Shown here: in pieces, positions 1-9,860 of the stretch
Layout of the letters: each line of letters opens with the position of its first letter
Position numbering within the stretch: position 1 is the first letter of the stretch
Translations under genes and position numbers: made by a program
Assembly (NCBI GenBank): GCA_963769935.1
Contig: CAVYNY010000010.1
Span: 480,001 to 544,000 of the forward strand
Reading direction: 5' to 3'
Length of the DNA: 64,000 nucleotides
DNA from: an uncultured delta proteobacterium
GTDB taxonomy: Bacteria; Desulfobacterota; Desulfobacteria; Desulfobacterales; JAFDCJ01
The notes under the pieces: generated by a model
What the model was told of the DNA's origin: nothing
Database searches by the model: none
Seen by the model: only the letters and a program-made list of their open reading frames with translations

Positions 1-471
1 GAAAGAATATCAGCTATTCGTGTATTATCTGATTCACTGGGCTTTCATTTAGTAATTAATGCAAGGACTGATTCATTTTATGTTTCGTCAGGTTCGTCAC
101 GAAAAAAATTAAGTGAATCAATTAAGCGTGGCAATAAATACCGGGAAGCTGGAGCCGACTGCATATTTGTACAGCCTGTATGGGAAAAAGAAACAATTTC
201 AACACTGGTTAAGGAAATTAATGCCCCAATTAATATTCTTGCAAACCCCGGGATTGGGAAAGGAATACCGCCATCCGTAAGTGAACTGCAGGAATTAGGT
301 GTTGCTCGTTTAAGTCTTGGTTCAGGTTTGATGAAAGCTACTTTAGCTTTGATTAAAAAAGTCGCTGACGAACTATCTGAGAAAGGGACTTACAATATTT
401 TATTAGATACTTTAACACCGCTTCCCGACGCATCATTGGCCTATAAGATGGCAATAGGGTTAAATAAATAA
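1..471 (+). CDS. Isocitrate lyase/PEP mutase family protein, 5'-truncated by window edge
   Basis: Own translation of frame 1: ...LVINARTDSF...GNKYREAGADCIFV...PINIL...LQELGVARLSLG; stop TAA 469-471; AT-rich. Confidence 0.75.
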   Translation, partial: ERISAIRVLSDSLGFHLVINARTDSFYVSSGSSRKKLSESIKRGNKYREAGADCIFVQPVWEKETISTLVKEINAPINILANPGIGKGIPPSVSELQELGVARLSLGSGLMKATLALIKKVADELSEKGTYNILLDTLTPLPDASLAYKMAIGLNK

Positions 472-684
472 AGAACAGCCGCTAACATTTTTCTCCGTTG
501 TCAGAGCTGAATTGCGGTTAGCTGCTCAAATTTTAAGGTCCTTGAAAAACGGCAGGTATACGAAAAGTACATGAAACCTGTAATTTAAGCGGAAACGCAT
601 TCTTGATAGAGGCCCAGGCTTTTAGGATGTACCGAATTTTACCCAAAATCGCCAACCCGAAATATCAAAAGGTGGTTCCGAAAC

Positions 685-1431
685 ATGGATCTACTTAAAA
701 AGCGCTCACATCGATATTTGGCGGGCATCTATGCCCTTTTTATTCTTGTTCTCGCGATTACGTTATCATTGTTTTACAATTCAAGAATCCAAAAATCAAC
801 CCACTCAGGAAATCAAGATACTGATATTGTTAGGCCAGAGGATTCTTCCGATAATTTACAGAAAGTTACGAAGAAAATTGATATTAAAAAAGGACAACTG
901 AAAAATAAATATGAGACTTCCGAATCAGACGATAAAGTTTATGATGAACATACTGACACTTCCCTATCAACAAAGGACGATTTAAATGAACAAAGAATAA
1001 ATATTAATGGTTCTCAGACTCCACTTGAAGAGGATATTAATCCAAAAGACAACCAAATCCAAACAAAGCTCCCTTCAATTTCTTCCAGACAGAATGCTGT
1101 AATTTACTTCAGTGCTGAATCCACCGGCCTGACGGACGAGGCCCTTGAAAAATTAAAAACAATTTACTTATTTCTTGTGAAAGATCCTGAGGATGAAATC
1201 ATTATTGCGGGTTATGGAGATTCAAACAAAACTAATCGAGACGACAAAATTTTATCTAAATTAAGGGCCAATGTGGTAAAAGACTATTTTGTTAAACGTG
1301 ATATTTCAGATTCGAGAATAAAAACCTGTTGGATGGGTTCAGAGAACAGAACAGAATGCCGTGTTTTTAAGGAAGATAAAAACAAAACCCACCAGGTTGA
1401 GGTTAAGTTTAAATTAGGATCCCAAGAATGA
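685..1431 (+). CDS. Membrane-anchored OmpA/MotB C-terminal-like domain protein
   Basis: N-terminal TM helix, charged linker, C-terminal IYFSAES...IAGYGD...LSKLRANVVKDYF motif. Confidence 0.7.
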   Translation: MDLLKKRSHRYLAGIYALFILVLAITLSLFYNSRIQKSTHSGNQDTDIVRPEDSSDNLQKVTKKIDIKKGQLKNKYETSESDDKVYDEHTDTSLSTKDDLNEQRININGSQTPLEEDINPKDNQIQTKLPSISSRQNAVIYFSAESTGLTDEALEKLKTIYLFLVKDPEDEIIIAGYGDSNKTNRDDKILSKLRANVVKDYFVKRDISDSRIKTCWMGSENRTECRVFKEDKNKTHQVEVKFKLGSQE

Positions 1432-1565
1432 TCTGAATAATTGATTAAGATTTTTTGAATCCCTTTTGATACTATGCTTTTTCATGAGAGAGGATTCATA
1501 AATCAGTATCATACATGCATTATTTTAATAAAACTGATTGAACTTTTGGCAAGCAAAATTCAACT

Positions 1566-1586
1566 GCCTCTCTTGGGGGCTTTTTT
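1566..1586 (+). terminator. Possible intrinsic terminator
   Basis: gcctc-tcttg-ggggc hairpin followed by T6. Confidence 0.35.
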
Positions 1587-1976
1587 ATTTTGGAGGAACA
1601 GAAGAAGTATATAACGAATTATTTACCGTTTATCAGTATGCCGGGGGACGTCGAGATAATAGTTGAAATGGGAGAACTTCCTCCAAGGTTTAAGAACTTC
1701 TGAAACATAGATGAAGCTAAGACATGGCTTGGTATTATTAGTTGGTCCAAGGGGTATAAACTTTTTTTATAACCCTTTTTAATAATTAAAAATTTTAATA
1801 ATCGTTCATAAAATATGTATGGGATAACCATTTAAAATTACAGATATTACATATGCTATTAAGGGTGGTATAATTTTTGCTCGCCTATAGAGTGCTGTCA
1901 ATTGGAAATAATTCTCTCATACTCATATTGAACTGACAAAGTGACTGAGCAGAAGATGCAAAAAATAAAATTAAAG

Positions 1977-2360
1977 ATGAGCAAAAGTGTCAGAATAATT
2001 AACCAAAATGGGTTTACCCTAATTGAGCTTATATCTGTACTGATCATAATGGGTGTAATGGTCTCAGTTGTAATAAAGAAATTTGATCTTCTGTCTGATA
2101 ACGCCAGTATAACCGCCTTGCAAGCCGGAGTTGGAGAACTTAAATCAAGAGAAACTGTGACATGGTTTAAAATAAAACTATCCGATACCGGCTATACAAA
2201 TGATGTGGATGTTTACAATGCATTCGATAAAGAATTAGGCCAGGGATTCAGTTGGAATCCCGGTCCTGAAATTAGCGGTGGAGGGCTGCACTTTAAATCT
2301 CTATCAGTAAATCTCAATAGAGTTCCATCCACCCCAAATTCACCAGGTGCTTGGATGTAG
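1977..2360 (+). CDS. Prepilin-type N-terminal cleavage/methylation domain protein
   Basis: NQNG|FTLIELISVLIIMG type IV pilin motif; alternative GTG start at 1941. Confidence 0.8.
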   Translation: MSKSVRIINQNGFTLIELISVLIIMGVMVSVVIKKFDLLSDNASITALQAGVGELKSRETVTWFKIKLSDTGYTNDVDVYNAFDKELGQGFSWNPGPEISGGGLHFKSLSVNLNRVPSTPNSPGAWM

Positions 2361-2399
2361 AGTATTTTCGCTGTGCTTTAAGATGTGGCTCGGATGCTT

Positions 2400-2798
2400 T
2401 ACCACCCTGCGCGAACCATATTAAGATCGATATAAACCAGACATTGGGTCAAATGCCTGCCAGTTTCAACCGCCGTCCCATGATAGCGGTCTTCCTAATA
2501 AGCGCCCTTCCGTTTCTTTCTCAAATTAATTTCTTGCCCGGTTCTTCCGGCTATCAACTGTATCGATTTGGGGATAGCATCCCTATCGCCATTATCCCTG
2601 ACGACAAGATGGATATGATTGGATGTGACTGTATCGTTGAGCACGCTCAACCCAAATCGCTTCCTAGCTTCGAAAAGCCACCAAAGCCAACGTCGCCGGT
2701 CTCTGCCAAATTTCAAAAGAAATTCCTTTCTTTTTGTGACAACGGTGGGTGATATGCCATACATAGCCCGGTATGTAATGCCTGCTCGCTCTTGGCAT
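2400..2798 (-). pseudogene. REP-associated tyrosine transposase (RAYT, Y1_Tnp) pseudogene
   Basis: MPRASRHYIPGYVWHITHRCHK, frameshift near 2725-2735, then SNHIHL (HUH motif), AY*EDRY (premature stop), YIDLNMVRAG; 3' end lost, so that coordinate is approximate. Confidence 0.8.
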
Positions 2799-2847
2799 GG
2801 TTTGTATCCTTAAAGCCGCATTTTCATGGCTCAAAATATACTTTTAA

Positions 2848-4747
2848 CCTACATTTCGCGCCTGTAAAATTAAATTTCAGAATTTATGCAGTTATCGCCA
2901 ATAATCACCCTAACTTGCTTATATTACAACAAATAAAAAAATCTAGACATTGCCCTTTAATTGTTTTATAACGCCTTATATCAGCCAAATAGGAGGCGTT
3001 TATGAAGCAATTTGAGACGCGGTTCAAACAGGTCGATGTTTTACCAATGGTCAAGCATTATATGAGCTCGCTTGATCTGTATAACTTATTTAAAAAATAT
3101 GTTCCAGCCTCTAACAGTTGCCTGGCCGAGCATGCGGAGAGTCTGTGCATTATTACCGCTAATATTATCTGTGACAACAAGCCACTATACAAAGTTCAAG
3201 AGTGGCTGGCAAGATATGCCGACGGACTGACAAATGAATCCGTAAATGCCGACAAGTTTAACGATGATCGCTTAGGAAGGTCTCTTTGCGCACTTTTCCA
3301 GGCAGATCGGCACTCGTTAATGACCGAGGTATCATGCAATGCCATTAAACTGCACAAACTGCTGACAGATGAGATCCATAATGACAGCACCACGGTTACA
3401 TTCAAAGGCCAATACGCAACCGCTGACCCGGATGCAGTTCAACTCAAGTATGGGCATAATAAGGATTTTCGTCCGGACTGCAAGCAGATTGTTTTTGGTC
3501 TGAACATCACTGCTGACGGTCATGTCCCGCTCAGCTACAAGGCCTATAATGGCAACCAAGATGATGACACAACTCATATTCCAAACTGGAATCAACTGCG
3601 TGCCTTGATACGCAAAGAAGACTTTATTTACATCGCCGACTGTAAATTATGCAGCAACAAAAATCTGGCATACATTGATGAAAATAACGGCTACTTCATT
3701 ACCATCATCCCAAAATTTCATAAAGAATCAACAAGCTTTATGCAATATATTAAAACCAATGAGGTTGAATGGGAAGATGCTTTTGAAATCCAACATTCTC
3801 GCAAAAAACAACAAGCCAATAAGTATAGAACATATGAGGCTGGCAAAAACAAAAAAGGCTATCGAGTTATATGGGTGCATTCCAGTTCTAAGGATCAGGA
3901 TGAAAAAAATAGAAGGCGCAAGCAGATAGAAAAAGCCCAACAGGCGATGGAAGAACTGATACCAAAGCTTAACGCGTATCACTTCAAAACACAAAAACAG
4001 ATTAGCAAAGCGGTTAATACAATCTGTAAGCCAGTACAAGGGTTAATCGATGTAAAAATCACAAAAGGTCGCAAGCAGATTTGCAAGAGAATCCCATCAA
4101 CCAAGCGGCAATCAGGCGATCCAATTTATGAAAATAAATGGTCATTTAATTATGGACTTGAATGGAAGATAAATGAACAAGCCGTTATAGACGAATCAAA
4201 AACAGACGGGCTGTTCCCTCTTATCACCAATAATCACTTGTTGGATGCCGGCGAAGTGCTCAGAATGTACAAACGTCAAGCCTATCTTGAAAAAAGGATG
4301 TATACCAAAAAGTCAATATTAGATGTTGCCCCGGTCTTTCTTAAAAAGGAAAGGCGGATTGAAGCCGTATTGCTGCTTTATTTTTTTGCACTGATGATCG
4401 TATCTCTTATTGAAAGAAATATACGATTGAATATGACAAAGCAGCAGATAGAAAAACTTCCGATACTGCCCCAGAAAATGAATACCAAAAAGCCGACCTG
4501 GAATAATATTCGCTATTTTTGTCGAGATATTCACCTGTCAGTAATCCTCAGAAATAAAGTTGCAATCCAGGTAGATGTGCAAGGGCTTAGCGATATGCAT
4601 ATAAAAGTCTGCGAGCTAGTTGAGGTACCGAGTTCGGCTTATAAAAATTTACATGATCAATGGTGGTTGTTTGAAGGTACGTAACTGAATTTTTGATAAA
4701 TATAGCTTGAATTAAAATTAAAATATTTTCGATATACGAAATATAAG
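2848..4747 (+). mobile_element. IS1634-family insertion sequence
   Basis: Imperfect terminal IRs cctacatttcg / rc cttatatttcg; 6-bp target duplication TTTTAA at 2842-2847 and 4748-4753. Confidence 0.8.
3002..4684 (+). CDS. IS1634-family DDE transposase
   Basis: 560 aa; FNDDRLGR, HNDSTT, YGHNKDFRPDCKQ, IADCKL, YKRQAYLEKR motifs; RBS ggagg. Confidence 0.88.
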   Translation: MKQFETRFKQVDVLPMVKHYMSSLDLYNLFKKYVPASNSCLAEHAESLCIITANIICDNKPLYKVQEWLARYADGLTNESVNADKFNDDRLGRSLCALFQADRHSLMTEVSCNAIKLHKLLTDEIHNDSTTVTFKGQYATADPDAVQLKYGHNKDFRPDCKQIVFGLNITADGHVPLSYKAYNGNQDDDTTHIPNWNQLRALIRKEDFIYIADCKLCSNKNLAYIDENNGYFITIIPKFHKESTSFMQYIKTNEVEWEDAFEIQHSRKKQQANKYRTYEAGKNKKGYRVIWVHSSSKDQDEKNRRRKQIEKAQQAMEELIPKLNAYHFKTQKQISKAVNTICKPVQGLIDVKITKGRKQICKRIPSTKRQSGDPIYENKWSFNYGLEWKINEQAVIDESKTDGLFPLITNNHLLDAGEVLRMYKRQAYLEKRMYTKKSILDVAPVFLKKERRIEAVLLLYFFALMIVSLIERNIRLNMTKQQIEKLPILPQKMNTKKPTWNNIRYFCRDIHLSVILRNKVAIQVDVQGLSDMHIKVCELVEVPSSAYKNLHDQWWLFEGT

Positions 4748-4855
4748 TTTTAAGGTCAAAAATCACCCTACTTTACAACCTTTTTACTATAAATACAAAA
4801 CCTTACGGTGGTTCGACCCAATAGGCATTAGGCAGGCCATGCCATTGTTGGCCGT

Positions 4856-5191
4856 TTAATAAATGCAGGCATCCAGTATAGACAGCACTTCAGCCAGCAA
4901 TTCATCTTTGCCGCGTTCGATTCGCTTGGCAAGACGAGCGCGGAAATCAACTGATTTAACTTGCTCAACCATAATAAATCCTGTCAACTCACTGTCTTTA
5001 GGGACGGGAACATGAAAGGGGAATCCACGGTCTGTGTTCGTAACCGGGCATACAATTGCCAAACCTGTGCTTCGATTGAATAGATCTTTGCTGACAACCA
5101 AAGCAGGACGTCGCCCCTTCTGCTCATGACCGGATTGTGGATCAAATGTGATTGCGATAATGTCCCCTTGCTTGGGGACATAGCCAGCCAT
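4856..5191 (-). CDS. mazF: MazF/PemK endoribonuclease toxin
   Basis: GDII..FDPQSGHEQKGRRPALVVS...CPVT motif. Confidence 0.92.
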   Translation of the reverse strand: MAGYVPKQGDIIAITFDPQSGHEQKGRRPALVVSKDLFNRSTGLAIVCPVTNTDRGFPFHVPVPKDSELTGFIMVEQVKSVDFRARLAKRIERGKDELLAEVLSILDACIY

Positions 5192-5440
5192 TTACCAAAC
5201 CTCCTTACCAACCGGCTCACCCCAGTCGACTTCTCCGGTTTGGTAATTTTCGGAAATATGTGCGACAAGATCCTCAAGGCGGTGTTTGCCACGGATCCTT
5301 TTGGCAGGTGTGACAATCATAGTGCCGTCTTTTACACGGATGTCCACCTCATCACCGACTCCAAGCTGCGCATCTGCAAGTAGATTCTTTGTAAGACGAA
5401 GCCCTTGACTATTTCCCCATTTCTGAATTTTGACGAGCAT
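5192..5440 (-). CDS. mazE: AbrB/MazE antitoxin
   Basis: KIQKWGNSQGLRL N-terminus, VDWGEPVGKEVW C-terminus; directly upstream of the toxin. Confidence 0.92.
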   Translation of the reverse strand: MLVKIQKWGNSQGLRLTKNLLADAQLGVGDEVDIRVKDGTMIVTPAKRIRGKHRLEDLVAHISENYQTGEVDWGEPVGKEVW

Positions 5441-5605
5441 TTGACCACCTCCTAATGTATATCCGAAGTATAGCCATTCTAAACGACATGGTCAAGTACT
5501 AATTTAGGCCAACGTCCCGGGATGAGCTGCAGGCCACCATAACGGCATTAAGTCCGACCCCTTTTTAACTATTCAGCGAGGGAGTGAAACCCCGCAGCGG
5601 GAGGG

Positions 5606-6610
5606 TCAGCTCGATCTGCTCCAGTTGAGCTTAACGACGTGGTCGTTCTCTTGCGCCGGCACCGACAGCGCGGAGCTGCCCGTACCGGTCATCGTGATGA
5701 GGGAGGCGCCGTTGAGGTTGTCAATGTTCCCCGCGCCGCCGGCGATGCACTCGTCGAAGTAGCAGGCGGCATAGTCGGTGAGGTTGGCGACCGACCCGCC
5801 GACGGTAGGCCGCTCGACGATCCACTCGGCCACGTTGCCGGTCAGCGTCGTGCCGGACGGCGGGGTGATCTCGAAGCGCGTACCGATGCCTTCAGACTGG
5901 TTGCTGAAGTAGACCGTCGCGTGGGTGGTCGTGTCGGCACAGATGAGACAGTACATGACGTCGCCCGCCGAGACGGGGAGGTTGTTTATCTTCACCTCGC
6001 CCGCCGGAAACCACTCCCACCACGTATAGATCTGCTTAACCGTGGCGAAGAGGACCTTCGTGATCTGGGTCTCCGTGCCTGCCTGGAGCACGTCGTTGGA
6101 GTGCCACCCGTCGATGCCGACCCACTCCGAAGCGTAGTAAGCGCCGTCGGCTTTCGTGTTCGGACTCGGTACGGTCCACTGTCCGCCGACGAAGCTGTAA
6201 GGCTTGCCGGTTGGGGAGAATTTCGCCGCGCCGGACCAGTTGTTGGACGTGGCGTTGGAGACGCCCGGCGAACCCAAACGCGCGGTGACGGCTCGCCGGT
6301 CAGACCCACGCACCGGGCCGTGCATGATGTGTTCGTGGTGCTCGAACTCTGGGGTGATCCACAGCTGAGTGCGGGACATGGTCCGGTCCCAGAGCTCGCG
6401 CAGTTGCGGCTCCTTCTTGGCATCGGGACGGCGCGGGAGCCGGTGTGCCGCAAGCTGCCGAGCCGTTGCCTTCATTGGGTCGAACCCCTTAGGCAGCGGA
6501 CCAAGACCCCGTATCTGGAAACCCTTTCTGATCAAGCTCTCCGGAACGATCGCCGCCGGCTTCTGCATCTTTCTGCTGCCTCTGCTCCCACGCGAGCCTG
6601 TAGTTGCCAT
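5606..6610 (-). CDS. G1-family glutamic endopeptidase (peptidase A4/eqolisin-like)
   Basis: SNNWSGA, WVGIDG, LQAGT (catalytic Gln), WWEWFP, AEWIVERP (catalytic Glu); RBS aggagg. Confidence 0.88.
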   Translation of the reverse strand: MATTGSRGSRGSRKMQKPAAIVPESLIRKGFQIRGLGPLPKGFDPMKATARQLAAHRLPRRPDAKKEPQLRELWDRTMSRTQLWITPEFEHHEHIMHGPVRGSDRRAVTARLGSPGVSNATSNNWSGAAKFSPTGKPYSFVGGQWTVPSPNTKADGAYYASEWVGIDGWHSNDVLQAGTETQITKVLFATVKQIYTWWEWFPAGEVKINNLPVSAGDVMYCLICADTTTHATVYFSNQSEGIGTRFEITPPSGTTLTGNVAEWIVERPTVGGSVANLTDYAACYFDECIAGGAGNIDNLNGASLITMTGTGSSALSVPAQENDHVVKLNWSRSS

Positions 6611-6662
6611 AATTGTCCTCCTTTCTGTATGTACAAAATGTTAACTATTATTCACTATTCAA

Positions 6663-7877
6663 CGGGCTGTTGCCCAAATCCGATTTTAATTACTACCCCC
6701 GGTTTAAGTGTAGCAGAATATTTTTGATTTTTTTATTTTAAATCCGCATAGACACCCAATATACGCTTGATCCTAACGATGGCTTGTGCTAAAGTGGCGA
6801 AAAATATAACTTTAGCGGAGCATTTATACCATGATGGGGCGCCAGTCAAAGGTTCAAAACAAGCTCTTTTACACCGCAAATGCCTTCAACAATTCGGTGG
6901 TCAACCAAAAATCGCTAAAGCGCTACTTCAATAAGAGCTATCAGATCCTGGAATCACGTTTAGAGCAGCAGGCGCAATCTTGCAACAGCGATGGAGCTGA
7001 CCCCGGGTGAGGTACATGAAGCGCACCGCATGCAATCATTAATCGACACCCATGAAAAGAACACAGAATCAGCAGTTGAAACGGCCGTCGCCGACAGCAA
7101 ATACGGCAGCATCGAAAATTACCTGGCCTGTCACGATCGCGGCATCAAGGCCCATTTCACATCCCTGGAGGAAGCCCAACACGGTACCGGCACGAAAAAG
7201 GGTATCTTTGACAAAGCGGCTTTCACCTATCATGCTGAATCCGACACCGTTATCTGTCCGGCCGGCCAAACCCTGAAAAGACGCAATTTTAATAAAAAGC
7301 GTCAACACCATGAATATATTACTGCCGCGGGCACCTGCAACCGTTGTCAACTTAAAGCGCAGTGCACTAAGGCTAAATCCGGACGGACTCTCAAACGCCA
7401 CATCCGTCAAGATGATTTGAATTCCATGCTCCAGCAAGCCCGCAGCCCGGAATCTAAAAAGGACATCCGAACCCGTCAGCATCTGATGGAAAGAACATTT
7501 GCCCAAGGCACCCGCTATGGATACCAACGTGCACGCTGGCGAGGGCTGTGGCGCGTTCAAATTCAGGAATACCTGACGGCGGCGATCCAGAACATTAAGA
7601 TTCTAGTCCAAAATGTCAAAGAGCCAGCCCCGGCATTGCAGATGCGAGCGGCACCAGAGGTTGCTGGCGCGGCAAGCAGAACAAAGTGCTATGGCTTGAA
7701 TAATTTATTCACCCCGCAAAGGCGCGGTATCGAGCGCTTCTGTTTCCTCGTGCGGAAGAATTTAGCTTACCGTCCGGCTGAGATCGTGGCCTGAGCTGCC
7801 ATTTAGCAGCATTCAGAAAATAAGTAAAATTCACCCGAAATTTACTTTCACTCAATAGCGATTCGGGCAACAGCGCG
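6663..7877 (+). mobile_element. Internally deleted IS1182-family element
   Basis: IRs cgggctgttgcccaaatc / rc cgcgctgttgcccgaatc (16/18); TCAA on both flanks (6659-6662, 7878-7881). Confidence 0.75.
6831..7794 (+). pseudogene. IS1182 transposase lacking most of its N-terminal half
   Basis: Start MMGRQSKVQNKLFY at 6831, then broken; the C-terminal ORF 6991-7794 has ADSKYG, ICPAG, CxxC, ERTFA, RARWRG, QNIK. Confidence 0.78.
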
Positions 7878-8209
7878 TCAAAATTTGACACCCAGTTTCT
7901 CAGCTTAGCACGGGCCCTCACCGAAACGCGTCTGTTTTTCAAACTCTTGCTGCCCAATGGTGAAAAAAATCGCTGGACTCCCATTTGGGCAGCATTTATA
8001 GAGTGCTGTGCGCGATATAAGGTGAAGATCAAGCCAAACCGACAATTCCCACGGGATCGGCAGCAGTATCGAAGAAAGAGCCGCGGTCTAGAACGCAAGC
8101 GCCCGGGGCGCAAACCCATAGCTACCAAAGCGGCCCCGGCTCTGTTGTCTCGACCGGAAACCCTAAAAAACTGCAAGGACGGGCTGTATCTGTTAAGTTA
8201 ACGGCATTA
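7878..8209 (+). mobile_element. IS4-family remnant (transposase C-terminus and right end)
   Basis: Basic C-terminal fragment (PNRQFPR...) ending in ttaagttaacggcatta, the reverse complement of an IS4-type TAATGCCG terminus. Confidence 0.6.
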
Positions 8210-8469
8210 GGTCCGACCCAATATCAACCGATCGGCGCAACGCCACTCAGGCCATAAACCGCCCTGCCTTTTGAACCTCCCCGCCATGTCCACCCCAGCA
8301 CCCTGATCCACATCTTGGCTCAGGCATGCACTCTTGAACGCACACAGAGCCTTTGGACGGAGATTTCGGCGATGGCGGATAAGTTCAGGCGCACTTACAT
8401 CTCGGCGAGCCACCAGCTGTTCCGCGGCACAGCTGTTGACAATCCGCCGGATGCCCCAGCTGCCCCTCA

Positions 8470-9216
8470 TCACCGCGTCATCAGCGCGAACACACCCCAG
8501 CCCAGGTATTCACGCGTGTAAGCGGCGTAGCGCTCGGGTTCCGAGGTCAGTTTGGCTCGAACATCTTTCGCGAACTCGTCGTCGGGATTGGCTTCAAGCC
8601 ATCGGCGCATGGTGAGCCACTTGGCCGCCTCGTATCTGTCCCAGCCGTCTTGGTCTGCCAGAACCATTTCCACGACGTCGTAGCCGAGGTGGCCGAAAGA
8701 CGCGAGAAGTTCTGGAAGCATGAGAAAGTCGGAGATTGAGCCGGCAAGACACCCCTTGGCAACATCTTCCGTCGGCGGTAACTGCCGCCAGTAGGGCTCG
8801 CCGATGAGGATGATCCCTCCGGTGCGGAGGCTCTGCGCCAGAAGCTCGATGGTGCCGACGACTCCCCCAGCGATCCACGTGGCACCGAGACAGGCTGCCA
8901 CACCGGCCTTCTCGTCAGAGACGTAGCCGGCAGCATCGCCATGGATGAACTTGACTTGATCGGCGACGCCGAGTTCTTCAGCGCGGAGTTTCGCTTGCTC
9001 GGTGAACAACTGGCTCATGTCGATGCCGGTGCCGATGACTCCGTAATCGCGTGCCCAGGTGCACAGCATCTCCCCCGAACCGCTGCCGAGGTCGAGCACT
9101 CGGGTCCCCGTTTCCAGACGCAGCGCCGCGCCGAGAGTGGCGAGCTTTTCGGGTGTGAACGGGTTATGGATGCGGTGAGCACTTTCGGTGATGTTGAAGA
9201 TCCGTGGAATGTCCAT
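8470..9216 (-). CDS. yjhP: Class I SAM-dependent methyltransferase, YjhP-like
   Basis: MDIPRIFNITESAHRIHNP N-terminus, VLDLGSGSG motif I, YTREYLGWGVF C-terminus; RBS aaggag. Confidence 0.82.
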   Translation of the reverse strand: MDIPRIFNITESAHRIHNPFTPEKLATLGAALRLETGTRVLDLGSGSGEMLCTWARDYGVIGTGIDMSQLFTEQAKLRAEELGVADQVKFIHGDAAGYVSDEKAGVAACLGATWIAGGVVGTIELLAQSLRTGGIILIGEPYWRQLPPTEDVAKGCLAGSISDFLMLPELLASFGHLGYDVVEMVLADQDGWDRYEAAKWLTMRRWLEANPDDEFAKDVRAKLTSEPERYAAYTREYLGWGVFALMTR

Positions 9217-9258
9217 TGCGGAAAATCTCCTTACGGGTGTGAATAGATTCGGTCACGG

Positions 9259-9381
9259 CACTAACGCGGCCATCTCCAGTGCGCAGGGTGAACGGGCCTT
9301 TACAAATGGCAATTAAACACAAAATTTGAAAAAGCTCAAAACGCCACGACCCTGCCCATCTGGTGCATGGTGTTGTTCGCT
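9259..9381 (-). other. Integron attC recombination site (123 bp)
   Basis: Minus strand: R'' AGCGAAC, 5 nt, L'' CATGCACC (extra G) ... L' GGAGATG, 5 nt, R' GTTAGTG; inner arms gcagggt/accctgc; starts 7 nt after a stop codon. Confidence 0.7.
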
Positions 9382-9387
9382 TCCTTC

Positions 9388-9737
9388 TTAGAAAACACTG
9401 TCAAGTTGAACATCCGATGAACATGTAAAGTCAAGTAGCTCTGCATAAGCATCAACTACAGACTTCCCTCCCGACATTATACGGATCAAATCGTCAACCC
9501 TAAATTTATGAAACGTTGACCGGCGTGGATTAAAAAAGCCCGCGTATTGCCATGGTACATTATTAGCAATGCTACCAAGTGCCTCCATTGGGGTCGCCCA
9601 TTAAAGGGCGACCCCAATAGATACTCATGGTAGTCTCCTATCATTGAAAGCCCGGCCCTGTGGCTCAGGTTTTCAATGTTAAAACAAAAAACCCCACATC
9701 TCAAACTGAGAGCGGGGCTTTATTCATAATGAACCAT
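9388..9737 (-). pseudogene. Degenerate cassette-borne hypothetical gene
   Basis: RBS ggagg plus ATG at 9737, broken into ORF pieces 9486-9704 and 9388-9588; lies between a GTTCCGCT core (9764-9771) and the attC site. Confidence 0.35.
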
Positions 9738-9860
9738 GCTGATCCTCCCTTAAGGGCTTAAGGAGCGGAACAAGTTTCAAATGATTTTAGTATACCGGTA
9801 ATGCTTGGCGATGTAAATAGCCGATTAAGGTTCAACAGCAATTCTGAATGAAAGGCGTGC

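Larger units (their letters stand above)
4847..5513. mobile_element. Putative integron gene cassette carrying mazEF
   Basis: Bounded by exactly complementary core-like sites GTTGGCC (4847-4853) and GGCCAAC (5507-5513); the flanking attC arms look truncated. Confidence 0.5.

Noticed and set aside
1619..1831. 70-aa minus-strand ORF
   Set aside because: No motif. The plus strand has a stop-interrupted F*NIDEAKTWL fragment suggesting a decayed gene, but it is too weak to call.
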